From contig JAOUGW010000001.1 of the NCBI GenBank assembly GCA_029865465.1, positions 1 to 44,320 on the forward strand: DNA of 44,320 nucleotides, given 5' to 3'. This DNA is from Gammaproteobacteria bacterium. Its GTDB lineage: Bacteria; Pseudomonadota; Gammaproteobacteria; Steroidobacterales; Steroidobacteraceae. Shown piece by piece: positions 19,270-28,278 of this stretch. The notes under the pieces were generated by a model. It was not told the DNA's origin and made no database searches. It saw only the letters and a program-made list of their open reading frames with translations. How positions within the stretch are numbered: the stretch's first letter is position 1; every line of letters starts with the position of its first letter. Position numbers and translations under genes: made by a program.

Positions 19270-20450
19270 TGCACGCACCACAGATCAGCATCCCCGCCAC
19301 GTACATGCGTGGCGGCACCAGCAAGGGCGTGTTCTTCCGCCTGCAGGACCTGCCCGTTGCTGCGCAGACGCCGGGAGCGGCACGCGATGCATTGCTGCTC
19401 CGCGTGATCGGCAGCCCGGATCCCTACGGCAAGCAGATCGACGGCATGGGAGGCGCAACGTCGAGCACGAGCAAGACGGTCATCGTGTCGAAGAGCACGC
19501 GGCCCGACCACGACGTCGACTACCTGTTCGGGCAGGTCTCGATCGACCAGCCGTTCGTCGACTGGAGCGGCAACTGCGGCAATCTTTCGGCCGCGGTAGG
19601 GCCGTTCGCCATCAGCAACGGCCTCGTCGACGCGAGTCGCGTGCCCAGGGACGGCGTTGCGGTCGTGCGCATCTGGCAGGCCAACATCTGCAAGACGATC
19701 ATTGCGCACGTGCCGATGACGAACGGCGCGGTGCAGGAAACCGGCGATTTCGAACTCGACGGCGTGACCTTCCCCGCCGCTGAAGTCGAGCTCGAATTCA
19801 TGGATCCGGCCGCGGACGAGGAAGGTGCGGGCGGCTCGATGTTCCCGACCGGCAATCTCGTCGACGAGCTCGAGGTGCCCGGCATCGGCACGCTGCAGGC
19901 CACGATGATCAACGCGGGCATCCCGACGATCTTCGTCGACGCGGGGGCGATCGGCTGCACCGGCACCGAACTGCAGGACGCGATCAACGGCGATGCAAAG
20001 GCGCTCGCGATGTTCGAGACCATTCGCGCGCACGGCGCGATGCGCATGGGACTCATCAGGCACCTCGACGAAGCGTCCCGGCGGCAGCACACGCCAAAGG
20101 TTGCGTTCGTCGCCGGGCCCGCGGACTACGTCACCTCGAGCGGCAAGCGCGTCGCGGCCGCAGAGATCGACTTGCTGGTGCGCGCGCTGTCGATGGGCAA
20201 GCTGCATCACGCCATGATGGGAACCGCGGCCGTCGCGATCGGCACGGCGGCCGCGATCCCGGGCACGCTCGTGAACCTGGCGGCCGGTGGCGGTCCACGA
20301 ACGGCCGTGCGCTTCGGGCACCCGTCCGGCACCTTGCGCGTCGGGGCCGAAGCCACGCAGGTCAACGGCGAATGGACGGTGACCAGGGCGATCATGAGCC
20401 GCAGCGCACGCGTCCTCATGGAAGGGCGAGTGCGGGTCCCCGCGGCTTGA
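19269..20450 (+). CDS. prpF: 2-methylaconitate cis-trans isomerase PrpF
   Basis: N-terminus IPATYMRGGTSKGVFF is typical of PrpF. The start overlaps the acnD stop (GTG 19266 is also possible). Confidence 0.92.
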   Translation: MHAPQISIPATYMRGGTSKGVFFRLQDLPVAAQTPGAARDALLLRVIGSPDPYGKQIDGMGGATSSTSKTVIVSKSTRPDHDVDYLFGQVSIDQPFVDWSGNCGNLSAAVGPFAISNGLVDASRVPRDGVAVVRIWQANICKTIIAHVPMTNGAVQETGDFELDGVTFPAAEVELEFMDPAADEEGAGGSMFPTGNLVDELEVPGIGTLQATMINAGIPTIFVDAGAIGCTGTELQDAINGDAKALAMFETIRAHGAMRMGLIRHLDEASRRQHTPKVAFVAGPADYVTSSGKRVAAAEIDLLVRALSMGKLHHAMMGTAAVAIGTAAAIPGTLVNLAAGGGPRTAVRFGHPSGTLRVGAEATQVNGEWTVTRAIMSRSARVLMEGRVRVPAA

Positions 20451-20461
20451 CGGGGATCGCC

Positions 20462-21427
20462 GTGCACGACCACGCGCCGCGCGCCGTCGCAGAACCCGCG
20501 CGCCAGGCGGCTTTCCTCGCGCTCATGGACGCGCTGGCGTGCGCGTTCAAGGCGCTGCAGGATTCCGCATGCACGAGGCAGCTCGGCTCGCTCGTGCCCG
20601 GCGCAACGATGGCCTTTGGCGCGCGCGTGCCCGGCACGTCGCACCAGCTCGATCCGGTGCAGGCTGCCTTCAACATCGGCACGATGGCCAGCTGGCTGCA
20701 GGCGAACGACCCTGCGCTGGCAACGGTCGCCGGCGATCTCGCGGACAATCTCGGCGCGATTCTCGCGGTAGCCGACTACCGCGCGTGTAAAGCGATCGCT
20801 GAAGGCGCCAGTCCACCGCTGGTGCGCGACCTGCTCAGTGCCCTGGTCCGCGCACATGAGCACGCGTCGCTCGAATGGGCTCGCTCAGTGCGCGAGAGCG
20901 GGTCGGCAACCGCAGCGCAAGCCACCGATGCCACCGCGAGTGCCGCCGCGCGTTGTGCGCTGACGCGAATCGCATCCGCTGCCGCCGCAACGTCGCTGCT
21001 GGGTGGAGCCGCGGATCACGTTACCGCCGCGGTCCTGATCGCACGTCGTGAAGCGCATCCAACCGGGTATCCGGGTACGGTGCCCGGCCTCGAAGGACAC
21101 GAACGCTGGCGCATCGGCGATGCCACCAGCCGCGGGGTGCGTCTGGCGTTCATCGCCCTGGCCGGGCAGACGGCGCCTCGATCGCCAACGCCGCCGAGTG
21201 ACGAGGCCACCACGCAGCTTGCCGTGATGACCGAGCTCGAGCAGGCCTGGCGGGCCGTTGCAGCAATGCCAGACCTCGCTAACCGTATCCGCGATCGGTT
21301 TGCCGCGTCGGTGACCACCCACTTCCCGGCGGGGCAAGCCGGCAAGATCCTCGCGTCGTTCGCGGACCGGGACCGCGTCGAAGTCCTGCCAGTCAATGAG
21401 TTAGTGTCGATGACGGTCCGGAACTGA
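20462..21427 (+). CDS. MmgE/PrpD-family remnant: divergent N-terminal domain plus C-terminal ~45 aa, with the middle of the protein missing (possible pseudogene)
   Basis: VPGTSHQLDPVQAAFNIGTMASWL and GDATSRGVRLA match PrpD blocks. The C-terminus LPVNELVSMTV matches the PrpD end. Length is about 320 aa against about 480 for PrpD. The start is uncertain (TTG 20447 or GTG 20462). Confidence 0.6.
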   Translation: MHDHAPRAVAEPARQAAFLALMDALACAFKALQDSACTRQLGSLVPGATMAFGARVPGTSHQLDPVQAAFNIGTMASWLQANDPALATVAGDLADNLGAILAVADYRACKAIAEGASPPLVRDLLSALVRAHEHASLEWARSVRESGSATAAQATDATASAAARCALTRIASAAAATSLLGGAADHVTAAVLIARREAHPTGYPGTVPGLEGHERWRIGDATSRGVRLAFIALAGQTAPRSPTPPSDEATTQLAVMTELEQAWRAVAAMPDLANRIRDRFAASVTTHFPAGQAGKILASFADRDRVEVLPVNELVSMTVRN

Positions 21428-21452
21428 ACCCCGGTCTGGTCTGAAATGGTGG

Positions 21453-21487
21453 TGTAGTTGACTACAACACTGCTACTCACCTAGGAT
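21453..21487 (+). promoter_or_regulatory. Candidate sigma70 promoter (TTGACT-N18-TAGGAT) overlapped by a TGTAGT-TG-ACTACA palindrome, upstream of the ABC operon
   Basis: Hexamers at 21458-21463 and 21482-21487. The 6+6 inverted repeat is at 21453-21466. The stretch is locally AT-rich. Confidence 0.3.
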
Positions 21488-21532
21488 GCGCCAATCGAAG
21501 GCCGGCCCAGACCCTGCCCCGGAGTATCCACA

Positions 21533-22414
21533 GTGCTGCGCATCGACAACCTGACCCACGTCTACCCCAACGGCACGCGCGCGCTCGACGACGTCACGCT
21601 GCAGCTTCCACGCGGGATGTTCGGCCTGCTCGGTCCCAACGGTGCCGGCAAATCCTCGCTGATGCGGTGCATCGCGACGCTGCAGATCCCGACCCAGGGT
21701 GCGATCCGTTTCGGCGACGTCGACGTGCTGAGGGATCCGGACGCGTTGCGTCGCACGCTCGGCTACCTGCCGCAGGACTTCGGGGTGTACCCGCGCGTCA
21801 CCGCGCTCGACATGCTCGATCACCTCGCCGTGCTCAAGGGTTTTCCCCACGCCAGGGAACGCCGTGAAACCGTCGACGCCCTGCTGCAGCAGGTGAACCT
21901 GTGGGATGTGCGCAAGAAGGCGCTCGCCGGATTCTCCGGCGGCATGCGCCAACGGTTCGGCATCGCGCAGGCCCTGCTCGGCCGACCGCAGCTGATCATC
22001 GTCGACGAGCCCACCGCCGGCCTCGACCCCGAGGAACGCAACCGCTTCCTGAACCTGCTGGCCGAGATCGGCGAGAACGTGGTCGTGATCCTCTCGACTC
22101 ACATCGTCGAGGACGTCGCCGACCTCTGCCCGAACATGGCGATCATCGCCAATGGCCGCATCGTCAAGACCGGCGCACCGCTGCAGCTGATCGCTTCGAT
22201 GGCGGACCGCGTCTGGCGCAAGACCATCGCCAGGAACGAACTCGACGCGCATCGACGCGATTACGATGTGATCGCCACGCGCCTCTTCGGCGGACGCACC
22301 GTCATCCACGTGCTGGCCGACGCGAATCCCGGCACCGGCTTCGCATCCGTGCAGGGCGGGCTCGAGGACGTCTACTTCTCGACCCTGGCCGGCATGCGCC
22401 GCCAGGCCGCCTGA
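21533..22414 (+). CDS. ABC transporter ATP-binding protein (ABC-2 type)
   Basis: Walker A GPNGAGKSS, signature FSGGMRQR, Walker B LIIVDEPTAGLD. GTG start with GGAG 8 nt upstream. Confidence 0.93.
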   Translation: MLRIDNLTHVYPNGTRALDDVTLQLPRGMFGLLGPNGAGKSSLMRCIATLQIPTQGAIRFGDVDVLRDPDALRRTLGYLPQDFGVYPRVTALDMLDHLAVLKGFPHARERRETVDALLQQVNLWDVRKKALAGFSGGMRQRFGIAQALLGRPQLIIVDEPTAGLDPEERNRFLNLLAEIGENVVVILSTHIVEDVADLCPNMAIIANGRIVKTGAPLQLIASMADRVWRKTIARNELDAHRRDYDVIATRLFGGRTVIHVLADANPGTGFASVQGGLEDVYFSTLAGMRRQAA

Positions 22415-22423
22415 GGCCAGGCG

Positions 22424-25400
22424 ATGTTCAGATCCGTCGCCGCGTTCGAGCTGCGCTACCAGCTCAAGTCCCCCGCGTTCTGGGTGACCTTCGCCATCTT
22501 CCTGCTGCTCACGTTCGGCGCCGTCGCGTCCGACAACGTGCAGATCGGATCCGGCGGCAACGTCTGGAAGAATTCGCCCTTCGCCATTGCGCAGACGCTG
22601 ATGGTCATGACCGTGTTTTCGGTCTTCATCCTGACGGCGTTCGTGGCCAACGTCGTGGTGCGTGACGACGAGACCGGCTTCGGGCCGATCATCCATTCGA
22701 CGCGCCTGTCACGCTTCGACTACCTTTTCGGCCGCTTTACGGGCGCATTCCTCGCGGGCTGCCTGCTGTTCCTGAGCGCGCCCCTCGGCATGATCATCGG
22801 CGCCGCGATGCCGTGGCTCGATCCCGAGGTCCTCGGCCCGTTCAATCCCGGCCACTACGCCTTCGTGTACCTCCTGCTCTGCGTGCCGACCCTGTTCGTC
22901 ACTGGCGCGGGCTTCTTTGCGATTGCGACGGCGACTCGCTCCATGATGTGGACGTACGTCGGCGTCATTGCGTTTCTCGTGCTCTACCTCGTGGCGATGG
23001 GCTTTCTATCGCGGCCCGAATTCATCAATACCGTGGCGCTGATCGACCCGTTCGGACTCGGCGCCTACGACCAGGCCACGCGCTACTGGACGGCAACCGA
23101 GCGCAACACGCAGATTCCCGGCTTCACGGGCTACATCCTGTGGAACCGCGCGTTGTGGGTGGGGGTCGCGTTCGCGCTGCTCGGACTGGCCTGGGCGATC
23201 CATTCGCGCGCTGCAAGAGGCAGTCGGATCGCGGCCGGCAAAGCGCCGGACAAGGTCGACGACGAGCAGTCGCCGGCTAAACCCGGTACTGCCGCTGCGC
23301 CAGCCGCGCAGGCCGAACCCGACAGGGATGCGGGCTGGAGCCCGCTCTGGGCGCTCGCGAAATTCGACATCGCTGCGGCCATCCGCAGCCCGGCTTTCAT
23401 CGTGCTGCTCGGCATCGGCTTCGTCAACGCGCTCGGGTCGCTCTGGTATGCAGACGAGTTCTACGGCAACACGATCCATCCGGTCACGCGGGTGATGATC
23501 GAAGCGCTGCAGGGCGCGTTCACGATCATCCCGCTGATCATCGCGATCTACTACGCTGGCGAACTGGTCTGGCGCGATCGCGACCGGCGCATGCACGAGA
23601 TCGTCGACTCGACGCCCGCGCCTGACTGGGCCTTCGTCGTGCCGAAGATCCTGGCCATTTCGATCGTGCTGTTCTCGACCCTTGCGGTGAGCGTGCTCGC
23701 AGCGGTTGCCGTGCAGGCGCTGAAAGGCTATTTCGACTTCGAGACGTCCAAGTACCTTGCCTGGTACATGCTGCCGACGACGGTCACCGCGGTGCTGTTC
23801 GCGGTGCTCGCAATCCTCATGCAGACGGTGGTTCCGCACAAGACCCTCGGCTGGATGCTGATGCTGCTGTTCGTGGTCGCCCAGGTCACGCTCGATCGGC
23901 TCGGCTTCGAGCACAACCTGTATCAGTACGCCGGCACGCCTGTCACGCCGCTCTCGGACATGAACGGACAAGGTGATTTCGGCCGCATTGCCTGGTGGTT
24001 CCAGGCCTACTGGTCTGCCGCGGCCGTCCTGCTCGCCGTGCTGGCCTACGCACTCTGGCGTCGAGGCACTGGCGCACCGCTCAGGACCCGGCTCGCGCAC
24101 CTGCCGCGCAGGCTCAGGGGGACGCCGGGCATCGTCGCCGCGGCGGCGGTCGTGGCCATGGGCTTCCTCGGCGGCTGGATTTACTACAACACCAACGTCC
24201 TGAACGACTACACGACGAAGCTGAGCCGCGAGCGCGAGCAGGCCGACTATGAAAAGGCCCTGATCGGCTACGAGGCCGTGCCGCAGCCGCGCATCACCGA
24301 CGTGGTGCTTGCGGTGGACCTCTACCCCGACGAGCCGCGCGCGGTGACTCGCGGCAGTTACGTGATCCAGAACCGCACTGGCAAACCGCTCGACCAGGTG
24401 CACGTGCGCTGGATGAAACCGCTACGGATGACCAAGCTCGACGTGGAAGGAGCGCGGCTCGAGACCGAGCACGTCGACCAGGACTACCGGATTTACCGCT
24501 TCGATCGCCCCATGGCGCCGCTCGAGACATGCACGATCAGGTTCGAGACCCTGCGCGAGCAGCGGGGCTTCCGCAATTCGGACAACGAGCATCGCATCGT
24601 CGACAACGGGACGTTCCTGGACAACACGGAGATCGCGCCGTCGCTCGGCATGGACCGCAACGGCCTGCTGCAGGATCGGGCCAGGCGCCGCAAGTACGGG
24701 TTGCCGCCGGAACTGCGCCCGGCCAGGCTCGAGGATGAAAGTGCGCGCGGGTTCAACGGGCTGCGGCGCGACAGCGACTGGGTGAACTCCGACATCACGG
24801 TATCCACCGCGGCCGACCAGATTGCGATCGCACCCGGTTATCGCGCATCTGACACGGTGACCGGCGGCCGCCGCACGACCCGCTATCGCAGCAACGCGCC
24901 GATCAACAATTTCTTCTCACTGCAGTCGGCGCGCTACGAAGTGGCGAAGGACCGGTGGCGCGACGTCGAACTGGCCGTCTACCACGACCGCGCGCACGGC
25001 TATAACGTGCAGCGCATGCAGGCGGCGATGAAGGCTTCGCTCGATTACTTCACCGCACACTTCAGCCCGTTCCAGTTCCGCCAGTTGCGCATCCTCGAGT
25101 TCCCGGACTACGCGAAATTCGCGCAGTCGTTCGCCAATACGATCCCCTTCTCCGAGGGCATAGGCTTCATTGCAGACTACCGCGATCCCGAGAAGATCGA
25201 CATGGTCACCTACGTCACGGCGCACGAAGTCGGGCACCAGTGGTGGGGTCACCAGGTGATCAGCTCCGATCAGCAGGGTGGCGCTTTCATCGTCGAATCA
25301 CTGGCGCAATATTCCGCGCTGATGGTGATGGAGCAGATGTACGGGCCGGAGGAGATTCGCAAGTTCCTGAAGTTCGAGCTGGACAAGTACCTGCGTTCCC

Positions 25401-26041
25401 GCGGCAGCGAAGTGCTCGAGGAACTGCCCCTGGTGCGTGTCGAGTACCAGCCGTACATCTACTACCAGAAGGGCGGAATCGCGCTGTACCTGCTGAAGGA
25501 CCAGCTCGGTGCCGGCAAGGTCAACGAGGCGTTGCGTGGCCTGATCGCGCAATTCGCATTCAAGCCCGCGCCGTACGCCAACCCGACGGACCTCATCAGG
25601 CGGTTCCGCGCCGTGGCCGGTCCCGGGCAGCAGCAGCTGATCACGGACCTGTTCGAAAAGATCACGCTGTACGACGTCAAGGTGACTGACGTGAAAGCGA
25701 AGCGCCGGACCGACGGCCGCTGGGACGTCACGCTCGAAGTCGACGCACGCAAGCTCTATGCCGACGGCAAGGGCACGGAGACCGAGGCGCCGCTCGACGA
25801 ATTGTTCGACGTGGGCGCGTTCACGATCGAGCCGGGTCGCAAGGGTTACGACAAGTCGAGCGTGCTCGCCGTTGAGCGACGACGGGTCCACAGCGGCAGA
25901 CAGACGCTGACGATCGTGACGGAGAAGGAGCCGAACTTCGCCGGTGTCGACCCGTTCAACAAGTGGATCGACCGCAACGCGGATGACAACGTGAAGGAAG
26001 CGACCAAGGCGCAGTCGCTGGCCTCCCTCTCCCGCCCTTGA
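22424..26041 (+). CDS. Fusion protein: duplicated ABC-2-type permease region (about 13 TM helices by eye) plus C-terminal M1-family zinc aminopeptidase domain
   Basis: 1205 aa. Residues 1 to about 560 are hydrophobic helix-rich. The C-terminal part carries HEVGHQWWGH...ESLAQY (an HExxH...E gluzincin motif). Confidence 0.85.
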   Translation: MFRSVAAFELRYQLKSPAFWVTFAIFLLLTFGAVASDNVQIGSGGNVWKNSPFAIAQTLMVMTVFSVFILTAFVANVVVRDDETGFGPIIHSTRLSRFDYLFGRFTGAFLAGCLLFLSAPLGMIIGAAMPWLDPEVLGPFNPGHYAFVYLLLCVPTLFVTGAGFFAIATATRSMMWTYVGVIAFLVLYLVAMGFLSRPEFINTVALIDPFGLGAYDQATRYWTATERNTQIPGFTGYILWNRALWVGVAFALLGLAWAIHSRAARGSRIAAGKAPDKVDDEQSPAKPGTAAAPAAQAEPDRDAGWSPLWALAKFDIAAAIRSPAFIVLLGIGFVNALGSLWYADEFYGNTIHPVTRVMIEALQGAFTIIPLIIAIYYAGELVWRDRDRRMHEIVDSTPAPDWAFVVPKILAISIVLFSTLAVSVLAAVAVQALKGYFDFETSKYLAWYMLPTTVTAVLFAVLAILMQTVVPHKTLGWMLMLLFVVAQVTLDRLGFEHNLYQYAGTPVTPLSDMNGQGDFGRIAWWFQAYWSAAAVLLAVLAYALWRRGTGAPLRTRLAHLPRRLRGTPGIVAAAAVVAMGFLGGWIYYNTNVLNDYTTKLSREREQADYEKALIGYEAVPQPRITDVVLAVDLYPDEPRAVTRGSYVIQNRTGKPLDQVHVRWMKPLRMTKLDVEGARLETEHVDQDYRIYRFDRPMAPLETCTIRFETLREQRGFRNSDNEHRIVDNGTFLDNTEIAPSLGMDRNGLLQDRARRRKYGLPPELRPARLEDESARGFNGLRRDSDWVNSDITVSTAADQIAIAPGYRASDTVTGGRRTTRYRSNAPINNFFSLQSARYEVAKDRWRDVELAVYHDRAHGYNVQRMQAAMKASLDYFTAHFSPFQFRQLRILEFPDYAKFAQSFANTIPFSEGIGFIADYRDPEKIDMVTYVTAHEVGHQWWGHQVISSDQQGGAFIVESLAQYSALMVMEQMYGPEEIRKFLKFELDKYLRSRGSEVLEELPLVRVEYQPYIYYQKGGIALYLLKDQLGAGKVNEALRGLIAQFAFKPAPYANPTDLIRRFRAVAGPGQQQLITDLFEKITLYDVKVTDVKAKRRTDGRWDVTLEVDARKLYADGKGTETEAPLDELFDVGAFTIEPGRKGYDKSSVLAVERRRVHSGRQTLTIVTEKEPNFAGVDPFNKWIDRNADDNVKEATKAQSLASLSRP

Positions 26042-26102
26042 ATCGCTCCCTCTCCCGAGCAACGGGAAGGGCGGGGATCGGGGTCCGGTGTATCCTGCCT
26101 CG

Positions 26103-26729
26103 ATGACAGACCTCATCGAAGGGGCTCGTGGCCTCGGCATCGAGCTCGACGCAGCGCAGTGCGCGAAGCTGCTCGCGCATCTCGACCTGCTCGACGACTG
26201 GAACACGCGCATGAACCTCACGGCCATCCGTGAACGGCCGGCGCAAGTCACGAAACACATTCTCGACAGCCTGACGGTGGTGCCGTGGCTGCGCGGCACG
26301 CGCGTCGCGGACGTCGGCAGCGGCGCCGGGTTCCCGGGCATTCCGCTCGCAATCGTCGCACCCGGCGTGCATTTCGTTCTCGTGGAATCGGTCGGCAAGA
26401 AGTGCCGGTTCCTCGAATGCGTCCGCGAGACTCTCCAGCTGGACAACGTAGAAGTCGCGCAGGCGCGAGCCGAAGGCTACAAGCCGGTGGTTCGCTTCGA
26501 CACGGTCATCGCGCGAGCCGTCGGCCCGCTGGCGGACCTGGTCAAGAATGCGGGTGGACTGGTGGCGGGCGGCGGCCGGCTGCTTGCGATGAAGGGACGG
26601 TATCCCGGGGACGAACTCGCGAAAAAGCTCAGCGGCTGGAAAGTCGTGGCCGTCCACCGGCTGCATGTGCCGGGCCTCGAGGAGGAACGCCACCTCGTCG
26701 AGCTCGCCCACTCCCACGAAAGAGCCTGA
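26103..26729 (+). CDS. rsmG: 16S rRNA (guanine527-N7)-methyltransferase RsmG (GidB)
   Basis: SAM-binding block VADVGSGAGFPGIPLAI. I chose ATG 26103; GTG 26088 is possible. Confidence 0.92.
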   Translation: MTDLIEGARGLGIELDAAQCAKLLAHLDLLDDWNTRMNLTAIRERPAQVTKHILDSLTVVPWLRGTRVADVGSGAGFPGIPLAIVAPGVHFVLVESVGKKCRFLECVRETLQLDNVEVAQARAEGYKPVVRFDTVIARAVGPLADLVKNAGGLVAGGGRLLAMKGRYPGDELAKKLSGWKVVAVHRLHVPGLEEERHLVELAHSHERA

Positions 26730-26753
26730 TTCCCCTGTATCCTTAGGCCTTCC

Positions 26754-27557
26754 ATGCACCGTGTCATCGCAGTCGCGAACCAGAAGGGCGGCGTCGGCAA
26801 GACGACCACCGCCGTCAACCTTGCTGCGTCGCTCGCCGCGACCCAGCGCAAGGTGCTGCTCATCGATTGCGATCCGCAAGGCAACGCCACGATGGGTTGC
26901 GGCGTCGACAAGGCCGGACTCGAGCGGTCGACGACCGACGTGCTGCTCGGCGACTGCGAAATGGCGGCTGCGCTGGTGCCCGTCGATCCTGGCAATTTCA
27001 CGTTGCTGCCCGGCAACCAGGACCTGGTCGCCGCGGAAGTGCAGCTGATGAGCATGATCGGGCGCGAAGTTCGGTTGCGGAATGCGCTGAAGCCGGTCCG
27101 CGACAATTACGACGTCATCATCATCGACTGCCCGCCGGCGCTGAACCTGCTGACGCTCAACGCGCTCGTTGCGGCCGACAGCGTGCTGGTGCCGATGCAG
27201 TGCGAGTACTACGCGCTCGAGGGGCTCTCGGCGCTGATGAACACGGTCCAGCAGATCCGCGCCAGCGTGAATGCCGACCTCGAGCTCGAAGGCATCCTGC
27301 GCACGATGTACGACCCGCGCAACAACCTCTCGAACGAAGTCTCGGGCCAGCTCCTGATGCACTTCGGCGACAAGGTGTTCCGCACGGTCATCCCGCGCAA
27401 CGTGCGGCTCGCGGAAGCCCCGAGCTTCGGCAAGGCCGTGCTGTTCCACGACAAGGATTCGCGCGGTGCGCTTGCATACCTCGCGCTCGCCGGCGAGATG
27501 ATTCGGCGGGAGGAAGAAGCGCTGGCGGGACCGGCACCCGAGCCCGAAGAAGAATGA
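26754..27557 (+). CDS. parA: Chromosome partitioning ATPase ParA (Soj)
   Basis: Deviant Walker [12 protein letters not shown]. Full-length ParA-like, 267 aa. Confidence 0.95.
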   Translation: MHRVIAVANQKGGVGKTTTAVNLAASLAATQRKVLLIDCDPQGNATMGCGVDKAGLERSTTDVLLGDCEMAAALVPVDPGNFTLLPGNQDLVAAEVQLMSMIGREVRLRNALKPVRDNYDVIIIDCPPALNLLTLNALVAADSVLVPMQCEYYALEGLSALMNTVQQIRASVNADLELEGILRTMYDPRNNLSNEVSGQLLMHFGDKVFRTVIPRNVRLAEAPSFGKAVLFHDKDSRGALAYLALAGEMIRREEEALAGPAPEPEEE

Positions 27558-27562
27558 TCGCG

Positions 27563-27590
27563 GGAAACAGGGGGGCGCTCGGCTGTTTCC
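27563..27590. terminator. Stem-loop between convergent parA and the PagL-like gene (GGAAACAG-N12-CTGTTTCC)
   Basis: 8-bp inverted repeat at 27563-27570 / 27583-27590. No clear U-tract. Confidence 0.35.
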
Positions 27591-27619
27591 GGAATAGTTG
27601 GCCAGTCGTTGAGCGTCCC

Positions 27620-28204
27620 CTATTTCTGCAATGGCACCTGCAGCGTCAGCAGCACGGCTTCCGTGCCGTTGTTGGGATGTTCCAGCCCGCCATTCGAGAT
27701 GTGCAGGCCCGCCAGCCCGAGCCGGAGCCCGTTGTCGAAGCGCCGTGCGAACTGGATCCCGCTCTGGAATTCCAGGTGATCGCGCGGACCGATGACGTCG
27801 CCGTTGAGGAACCATCCGGCCGAGAGGCTGGGCGTGACATACCAGCGCTCGCCCAGTGCGAAATCACGCCGCAGGTCCAGGTACAAGAAGGCGATGCCGT
27901 CGGGCCCCACGGCGAATCCCGCACCGGGCGCCAGGCGCCATGTCGTCATCGGCCGCGCGACATAGGTCACGCCGACGCTGTAGGGATAGTCGTAGGCCTC
28001 GACCAGCGCGAACACACCGGCGGCGAACAACACTGACGGTGAATCCATGGCGTGTGACGGCCGGACCGGCGCATCATCCGGGCGCACGGAATCCGCCGGC
28101 GCTGCAACGGATTGTGAGGTCTCGGCCGCCTGTGCCGAGGCCGTGCCACCGCTGCCGCAACAACTGATCAGGCCACCCAGCAGCAGGGCGGCAACGGGAC
28201 GCAT
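27620..28204 (-). CDS. Acyloxyacyl hydrolase / lipid A 3-O-deacylase PagL-like outer-membrane protein
   Basis: 194 aa with a signal/lipobox-like N-terminus (LISC). C-terminal block GLHISNGGLEHPNNGTE resembles the PagL-family H-x-S-N catalytic region. GGAGG lies 6 nt upstream of the start. Confidence 0.7.
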   Translation of the reverse strand: MRPVAALLLGGLISCCGSGGTASAQAAETSQSVAAPADSVRPDDAPVRPSHAMDSPSVLFAAGVFALVEAYDYPYSVGVTYVARPMTTWRLAPGAGFAVGPDGIAFLYLDLRRDFALGERWYVTPSLSAGWFLNGDVIGPRDHLEFQSGIQFARRFDNGLRLGLAGLHISNGGLEHPNNGTEAVLLTLQVPLQK

Positions 28205-28278
28205 GCAAGCCTCCGGCTCGAACTCGGTTCAGCGTGGTTTCCTGCGCCCTCGCGACGCGGGCGGCATAATAGTCCGCT

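Noticed and set aside
20372-20461. Upstream part of ORF 20372..21427, overlapping the 3' end of prpF by about 80 nt.
   Set aside because: PrpD homology begins only after the prpF stop. The overlapping segment (MDGDQGDHEPQRTRPHGRASAG...) is an out-of-frame read of prpF, so a TTG 20447 or GTG 20462 start is more plausible.
21524-21532. DnaA-box-like 9-mer GTATCCACA (8/9 to TTATCCACA). I also looked more generally for an oriC, since mnmG/rsmG/parAB are origin-proximal genes.
   Set aside because: Only this single near-consensus box was seen, immediately before the ABC ATPase start codon. I found no cluster of boxes and no AT-rich 13-mer DUE array in any intergenic gap, including 29248-29616.
26023-26075. 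Direct repeat CTCCCTCTCCCG (26023-34 and 26046-57) and a CCCGCCCTT/AAGGGCGGG stem straddling the stop of the M1-fusion gene.
   Set aside because: This is probably just a GC-rich terminator/REP-like hairpin. The first copy is coding sequence (..SLSRP*). There is too little to call an element without genome-wide copies.
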